A stretch of DNA of 53,861 bases, taken from Candidatus Dadabacteria bacterium. GTDB lineage: Bacteria; Desulfobacterota_D; UBA1144; Nemesobacterales; Nemesobacteraceae. The stretch lies in assembly GCA_026706695.1 (NCBI GenBank), contig JAPOYE010000097.1, positions 1-53,861 of the forward strand, written 5' to 3'. Under the pieces are notes generated by a model. The model did not search any database. It saw only the letters and a list, made by a program, of their open reading frames with translations, and was not told the origin of the DNA. This document shows positions 49,393 through 53,861 of the stretch, piece after piece. The first letter of the stretch is position 1. Each line of letters opens with the position of its first letter. The position numbers and the translations under genes were made by a program.

Positions 49393-49803
49393 TTATTTGT
49401 CAGTGAAACCGATCCGCTTGTGCGAACCGTCGCAAAACGGCTTGTTCTCAGAAGCCCCACAGCGGCAGAGATAATAAGGATCATCCCCCGAGAGCCCCGA
49501 ATCATCCTCAACGCAAAGTTCAATATCTCCGCAAACCTCGTAGGGACCGTTTTTAAGCGACCTTATAACCGCGTCCCCTTCCTTGTCGGGAGCAGAAGAT
49601 TCGCCAGACGTAAGGCTGCTCTTAAACCCCTCTTTCCTGTGCGAACCGTCGCAAAACGGCTTGTTTCCAGAGGTCCCGCAGCGGCAAAGAGCGGTTTTCC
49701 TTTTTATCGCAAGTCCGTTCCCTTCCCCGTCTTCAAGCAACTCGAGGTCGCTTACAATCAGGGGACCGTCATCCATGATCTCTATTTTGATTTTTTCACT
49801 CAT
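49393..49803 (-). CDS. CDGSH iron-sulfur domain protein (two CDGSH motifs)
   Basis: It has CRCGTSGNKPFCDGSH and CRCGASENKPFCDGSH. I trimmed the start to the ATG at 49803. Confidence 0.85.
   Translation of the reverse strand: MSEKIKIEIMDDGPLIVSDLELLEDGEGNGLAIKRKTALCRCGTSGNKPFCDGSHRKEGFKSSLTSGESSAPDKEGDAVIRSLKNGPYEVCGDIELCVEDDSGLSGDDPYYLCRCGASENKPFCDGSHKRIGFTDK
49420..49665. repeat. 27-nt perfect direct repeat covering the two CDGSH motifs
   Basis: GTGCGAACCGTCGCAAAACGGCTTGTT occurs at 49420-49446 and 49639-49665, offset by 219 nt (73 codons). Confidence 0.9.
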
Positions 49804-49862
49804 ATCGGACCTATTGGTTAAGGTAATTCGCCCACTCGGACAGCCGCCGTTTATGTCTGAGT

Positions 49863-51053
49863 TTACATTTTTTCGACAATCATTGCTATACCCATGCCAC
49901 CTCCCATGCACAGAGAAACCATTCCGTACCCGCCGGGGCGGATGTTTTCAAATTCATGAAGAAGTTTTACGAGCAGCACCGCCCCCGTGGCCCCCACCGG
50001 GTGCCCGAGCGCTATGGCTCCGCCGTTTATGTTCAGTTTCTCCTCCGCAATGGGAAAATCGCTCAATACGGCAAGGGACTGCGCCGCGAAGGCTTCGTTG
50101 AGTTCAACCAGATCGATATCGTCGATTCCGAGCCCGGCTTTGTCAAGAGCCATGCGCATTGCGGGAACCGGACCGATCCCCATGATCGCAGGGTCAACAC
50201 CGGAAATTGCGTAGGACTTAATCGACCCAAGCGGATTCAGACCCAGTTTTTCCGCCTTGCTCTCAGACGTGACGATCAGGGCGGCGGCTCCGTCGTTAAT
50301 GCCCGATGAGTTTGCCGCGGTCACCGTGCCGTCTTTCTTGAAAACCGGTCTTAGCTTCGAGATATTCTCAAGCGTAACGTCCGGCCTCGGATGCTCGTCA
50401 GTGTCAAACTGAACGGAACTGCCCCTTCGCCCGGGAACAGACACCGAAACTATCTGGGAGGTGAATTTCCCGCCCTCCATCGCGGCTTTGGCTTTCATCT
50501 GGCTTGAGTAAGCGAACTCGTCCTGGCGCTCCCTTGATATTTCATATCTCTCCGCAAGGTTCTCCGCCGTAACTCCCATGTGGTAATCGTTAAACGCATC
50601 CATTAGCCCGTCGCACAGAATTCCGTCCACAAGCTCATCGGAAGGCGTTGACATCTTGTATCCCCACCTGGCTTTCCGAAGATAGAAGGGAGCCACGCTC
50701 ATGCTTTCCATCCCTCCCGCCACAATGCATTCGCAGTCGCCGGACTTTATAGCCTGGGCGGCATTCACGACGGACTGAAGGCCCGAACCACAGACCCTGT
50801 TAACGGTAATCGCGGGGGTCTCAGCTTTTAATCCGGAATTAATCGATACCTGCCTCGCCGGATTCTGCCCTTGTCCCGCTCCCAGTATGTTGCCCATTAT
50901 GCAGTCATTCACCTGTTCGGGCGGCAGGGACGCCCTGTTTATAATCTCCTTTACGACCGCCGTCCCGAGATCAACCGCGGAGACATCCTTAAGCCTTCCT
51001 CCGAACGTCCCTATCGCGGTTCTAAGGGGCTCTGAAAGCACAACCTTTTCCAT
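49863..51053 (-). CDS. acetyl-CoA C-acetyltransferase (thiolase II)
   Basis: 396 aa. It has the active-site Cys region VNRVCGSGLQS and the C-terminal blocks NGGAIALGHPVGATG and CMGGGMG. Confidence 0.93.
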   Translation of the reverse strand: MEKVVLSEPLRTAIGTFGGRLKDVSAVDLGTAVVKEIINRASLPPEQVNDCIMGNILGAGQGQNPARQVSINSGLKAETPAITVNRVCGSGLQSVVNAAQAIKSGDCECIVAGGMESMSVAPFYLRKARWGYKMSTPSDELVDGILCDGLMDAFNDYHMGVTAENLAERYEISRERQDEFAYSSQMKAKAAMEGGKFTSQIVSVSVPGRRGSSVQFDTDEHPRPDVTLENISKLRPVFKKDGTVTAANSSGINDGAAALIVTSESKAEKLGLNPLGSIKSYAISGVDPAIMGIGPVPAMRMALDKAGLGIDDIDLVELNEAFAAQSLAVLSDFPIAEEKLNINGGAIALGHPVGATGAVLLVKLLHEFENIRPGGYGMVSLCMGGGMGIAMIVEKM

Positions 51054-51055
51054 TG

Positions 51056-51838
51056 CTACTCTCCTTTGAACTCAGCTGTTCTCTTCTCAACAAACGCACT
51101 CATTCCCTCAACCCTGTCATAGGAATCAAAACACTGAAACCCCGTTTCCATCTCGTACGCAAGTCCTTCGGAAAGTCCCGTCTCGGATCCCTGATTTATC
51201 GCTTTTTTGGCGTAACTGACGGCAAGCGGACTGTTGCGGGCGATCTGCTGGGCTATTTTCATAACCTCACCCATAAGCTCTTCCCGCTCCACTACCTTAT
51301 CCACAAGCCCGAGGGCAAGCGCTTCAGCGGCGGTGACCATCTCTCCGGTAAAAATCAGTTTCTTGGTTTTTCCAGGTCCTATAAGCTTGGTTGATCTCTG
51401 GGTTCCTCCCCAGCAGGGAAAAAGACCGAGCTTGGTTTCGGGAAAACCCACGCGGGCATTTTCGGAGGCGACTCTTATATCGCATGCAAGCGCAAGTTCA
51501 AGTCCCCCTCCCAGGGCATATCCGTTTATCGCGGCTATAACCGGAAAAGATGCCTGCTCCAGATAGTCAAAAGCCCCTCTTCCCAGGGCACAGTAATCCT
51601 TGAAGTCGTCCGTCGTCATCTGACTCATCTGCCTTACGTCGGCCCCGGCGACAAAAGCCTTTCCTCCGGCTCCGGTCACAACCAGCACCTTAAGATTCTC
51701 AGCGGGCAGCTTTTCGGTCACGAAGTCCTTGAGCTGTCGTAGTCTGTCGCCGTTAAGGACATTCATAGACCTCTCTTTGTTAATCGTCAGCACTCCCACG
51801 CCGTCATCAGTGCTTTCAAACAAAAGATCCTTGTACAT
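51056..51838 (-). CDS. enoyl-CoA hydratase (crotonase)
   Basis: 260 aa. It has AFVAGADV, AAINGYALGGGLELALACD and ETKLG. Confidence 0.9.
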   Translation of the reverse strand: MYKDLLFESTDDGVGVLTINKERSMNVLNGDRLRQLKDFVTEKLPAENLKVLVVTGAGGKAFVAGADVRQMSQMTTDDFKDYCALGRGAFDYLEQASFPVIAAINGYALGGGLELALACDIRVASENARVGFPETKLGLFPCWGGTQRSTKLIGPGKTKKLIFTGEMVTAAEALALGLVDKVVEREELMGEVMKIAQQIARNSPLAVSYAKKAINQGSETGLSEGLAYEMETGFQCFDSYDRVEGMSAFVEKRTAEFKGE

Positions 51839-51849
51839 TTATGCCTCCC

Positions 51850-52734
51850 TTACTTTCTGCCGTATTCAAAAAAGCCTTTTCCTGTCTTTCTCCCCAGATT
51901 CCCCGCCCTCACCATTTCCTTAAGCAGGGGAGCGGGTCTGAACTTCTGGTCTCCATATTCCGTGTAGAGAACGTCAAGTACGCTCAGGGTGACGTCAAGC
52001 CCTATAAGGTCCGCAAGCGCAAGCGGCCCTATGGGATGATTTGCCCCGAGTTTCATGGCGTTATCAATCTCTGCCGCCGCGGCAATGCCCTCATCAAGGG
52101 TGAAAATCGCTTCGTTTATCATCGGCAGCAGAATCCTGTTTACAACGAATCCAGCTCTGTCTTTTGCCATAATCGGATACTTATCAAGACTCCGCGCAAA
52201 TTCCATCGTCTCCTCAAGGGTCTCAGGCGATGTTTTGGCAGTATTGATCACTTCAACCAGTTTCATTATCGGTGCGGGGTTAAAAAAGTGCATTCCGACA
52301 ACTTTTTGGGGCCTAGAGGTGTTCATGGCAAGCTCCGTAACCGAGAGAGTTGATGTGTTAGTGGCAATAATGGTGTCTTCTCCGGCGTTCTCCTCGATCT
52401 TGGCAAAAACCGCCTTTTTAAGATCCATATCCTCGCTTGCGGCCTCAATCACGATATCCGCACCCTTGAAATCACCGTAGTCTTCGGTCGGGTGAATCCT
52501 TGAGACGATCAAGGTGACCTGCTCCTTGTCAATTTTGCCTCTTCGGGCCAGTCTGCCAAGACTTTTTCCTATTTTTGCGACCGCATCCTCCGCAATATCC
52601 TTTTCAATATCCAAAAGAACGACGGTTTTTCCCGCTGAGGCGACAAGCTCGGCTATGCCTGAACCCATAGTGCCAGCCCCCACGATACCTACAGTGTTTA
52701 TGTTTGACTCGGACATGCTTTTCTCCTGACTCAT
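51850..52734 (-). CDS. hbd: 3-hydroxyacyl/3-hydroxybutyryl-CoA dehydrogenase
   Basis: 294 aa. It has the Rossmann motif VGIVGAGTMGSGIA and HFFNPAP. Confidence 0.9.
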   Translation of the reverse strand: MSQEKSMSESNINTVGIVGAGTMGSGIAELVASAGKTVVLLDIEKDIAEDAVAKIGKSLGRLARRGKIDKEQVTLIVSRIHPTEDYGDFKGADIVIEAASEDMDLKKAVFAKIEENAGEDTIIATNTSTLSVTELAMNTSRPQKVVGMHFFNPAPIMKLVEVINTAKTSPETLEETMEFARSLDKYPIMAKDRAGFVVNRILLPMINEAIFTLDEGIAAAAEIDNAMKLGANHPIGPLALADLIGLDVTLSVLDVLYTEYGDQKFRPAPLLKEMVRAGNLGRKTGKGFFEYGRK

Positions 52735-52764
52735 AACTGATTATGAACCCTGAATTATAACAGC

Positions 52765-53716
52765 TTAGAGCGACTCGGAAAGAATCTGCCTGGCGATAAT
52801 GATCCTCTGTATCTCAGAGGTTCCTTCATATATCTCCGTTATCTTGGCGTCGCGGAAATGCCGTTCCACCGGATAATCGGTCGTATATCCGTTTCCTCCG
52901 TGTACCTGAATGCCCTTGGTCGCCACCCACATCGCTGTCTCAGAAGCGTAGAGCTTGGCCATGGAGGAGTGTTTGGCGTATTTTTCTCCGCGATCTTTCA
53001 TCAAGGCCGCCTTGTGGGTAAGCAGCCTCGAGGCCTCGATCCTAGTCGCCATGTCGGCAAGCATGAACTGTATCCCCTGAAAATCTGAGATCTTCCTGCC
53101 GAAAGCCTCCCTCTCCAGGGAATACCGCGTCGAGGAGTCAAGGACCGCTTGAGCTATCCCCACGGCCTGAGCCGCGACCCCTATTCTTCCCGCATCAAGC
53201 GTTTTCATGGCGACCTTAAAGCCCCCTCCCTCTTTGCCAAGAACCCGGCTCGCCGGCACCTCGCAGTTCTCAAAGACAATCTGCGAGGTGCTCGTCCCCT
53301 TTATTCCGAGCTTGCTTTCCGATTTTCCAAGAGAGATTCCGGGAGCGTCAAGATCAATGATAAATGCCGTGACCCCGCCGCTTCGTTTCGTCTTGTCGGT
53401 CTTTGCGAAAACCACGGCGACTTCCGCCTCGCGACCGTTGGTAACCCATGCTTTTCGTCCCGTTAAGGATGTAGGCCCCGCCTTTTTTCACGGCGCCTGT
53501 CTTTATGCCTGCCGCATCCGAACCCGACTCGGGTTCGCTAAGAGCGAAGCACCCTACGGCGCCCCGGCACATCCGCGGCAGATATTCTTCCTTCTGCTCC
53601 TCGGTGCCGAAATCAATAATCGGAGCGCACGCAAGGGAATTATGAGCCATAACTATCGCCCCGGTTGAAGCGCACGCCCGTGATATCTCCTCAATGGCGA
53701 TTACGTATGAGATTTT
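52765..53716 (-). pseudogene. acyl-CoA dehydrogenase, frameshifted and 5'-truncated
   Basis: Two ORFs (53354..53650 and 52765..53415) together encode the ACAD middle and C-terminal domains. The frames switch at the T4 run at 53452-53455. ACAD-like sequence (SYVIAIEEISRACASTG) continues upstream to about 53710 and then stops at an in-frame TAA with no start codon. Confidence 0.8.
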
Positions 53717-53861
53717 TAATTAAACGCTGCTCTTGCGTAAGAGCCGAAGCGAGCATGGTGTGTAATTCCCTTTTTAGGATTTGGGTATGCAGAAATTCTA
53801 ATTCACCCCTCTCTAAAAGGCAAAAACGCCTGATTCATTTGGGAATTATAGCGATAATTAG

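Overview
This is a 53,861-bp chromosomal segment from a diderm bacterium (it encodes TolC, a TonB-dependent receptor and lipoproteins). I cannot assign a lineage from sequence alone. Most of it is housekeeping and metabolic genes in long co-directional blocks, with a few accessory patches.

Gene order, left to right:
- A 12-repeat CRISPR array (59-899) sits at the left edge, with no cas genes anywhere to its right.
- A HepT/MntA (HEPN/MNT) toxin-antitoxin pair and a TraT-like lipoprotein follow directly.
- Next come aspS, sucA-sucB, recG, topA, and a UDP-sugar pair (epimerase, ugd).
- An AT-rich two-gene type II restriction-modification islet lies at about 16.3-18.7 kb.
- Then yjbQ plus a DUF1285-like gene, an alpha-carbonic anhydrase with no signal peptide, and hemW.
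- A TolC/adaptor/ABC-ATPase efflux operon with no permease gene is followed by a GC-rich amt.
- Then eno-leuC-leuD, a DUF2905 gene and an orphan family-5 solute-binding lipoprotein.
- The rpoN-hpf-ptsN-hprK-rapZ-EIIA(Man) cluster has no HPr gene.
- Then a HAD hydrolase, a hyperacidic 66-aa ORF, and a TonB-dependent receptor directly behind tRNA-Cys and tRNA-Leu.
- Then MoxR-VWA-PhzF, purU, GNAT, an enoyl-CoA hydratase, glnS, a thioredoxin-like protein and a double-CDGSH protein.
- Last is a thiolase-crotonase-hbd-acyl-CoA dehydrogenase operon. Its first gene is frameshifted and 5'-truncated at an abrupt junction with AT-rich DNA at the right edge.

I do not see a clear multi-gene system of an unknown type. 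The best leads are:
- the CRISPR/HepT-MntA/TraT corner;
- the R-M islet, whose nuclease carries CCGG-family-like motifs;
- the leaderless alpha-CA;
- the hyperacidic ORF with the structured 277-bp spacer after it;
- the right-edge breakpoint.

All homology calls come from motif recognition by eye and from memory. No searches were run.
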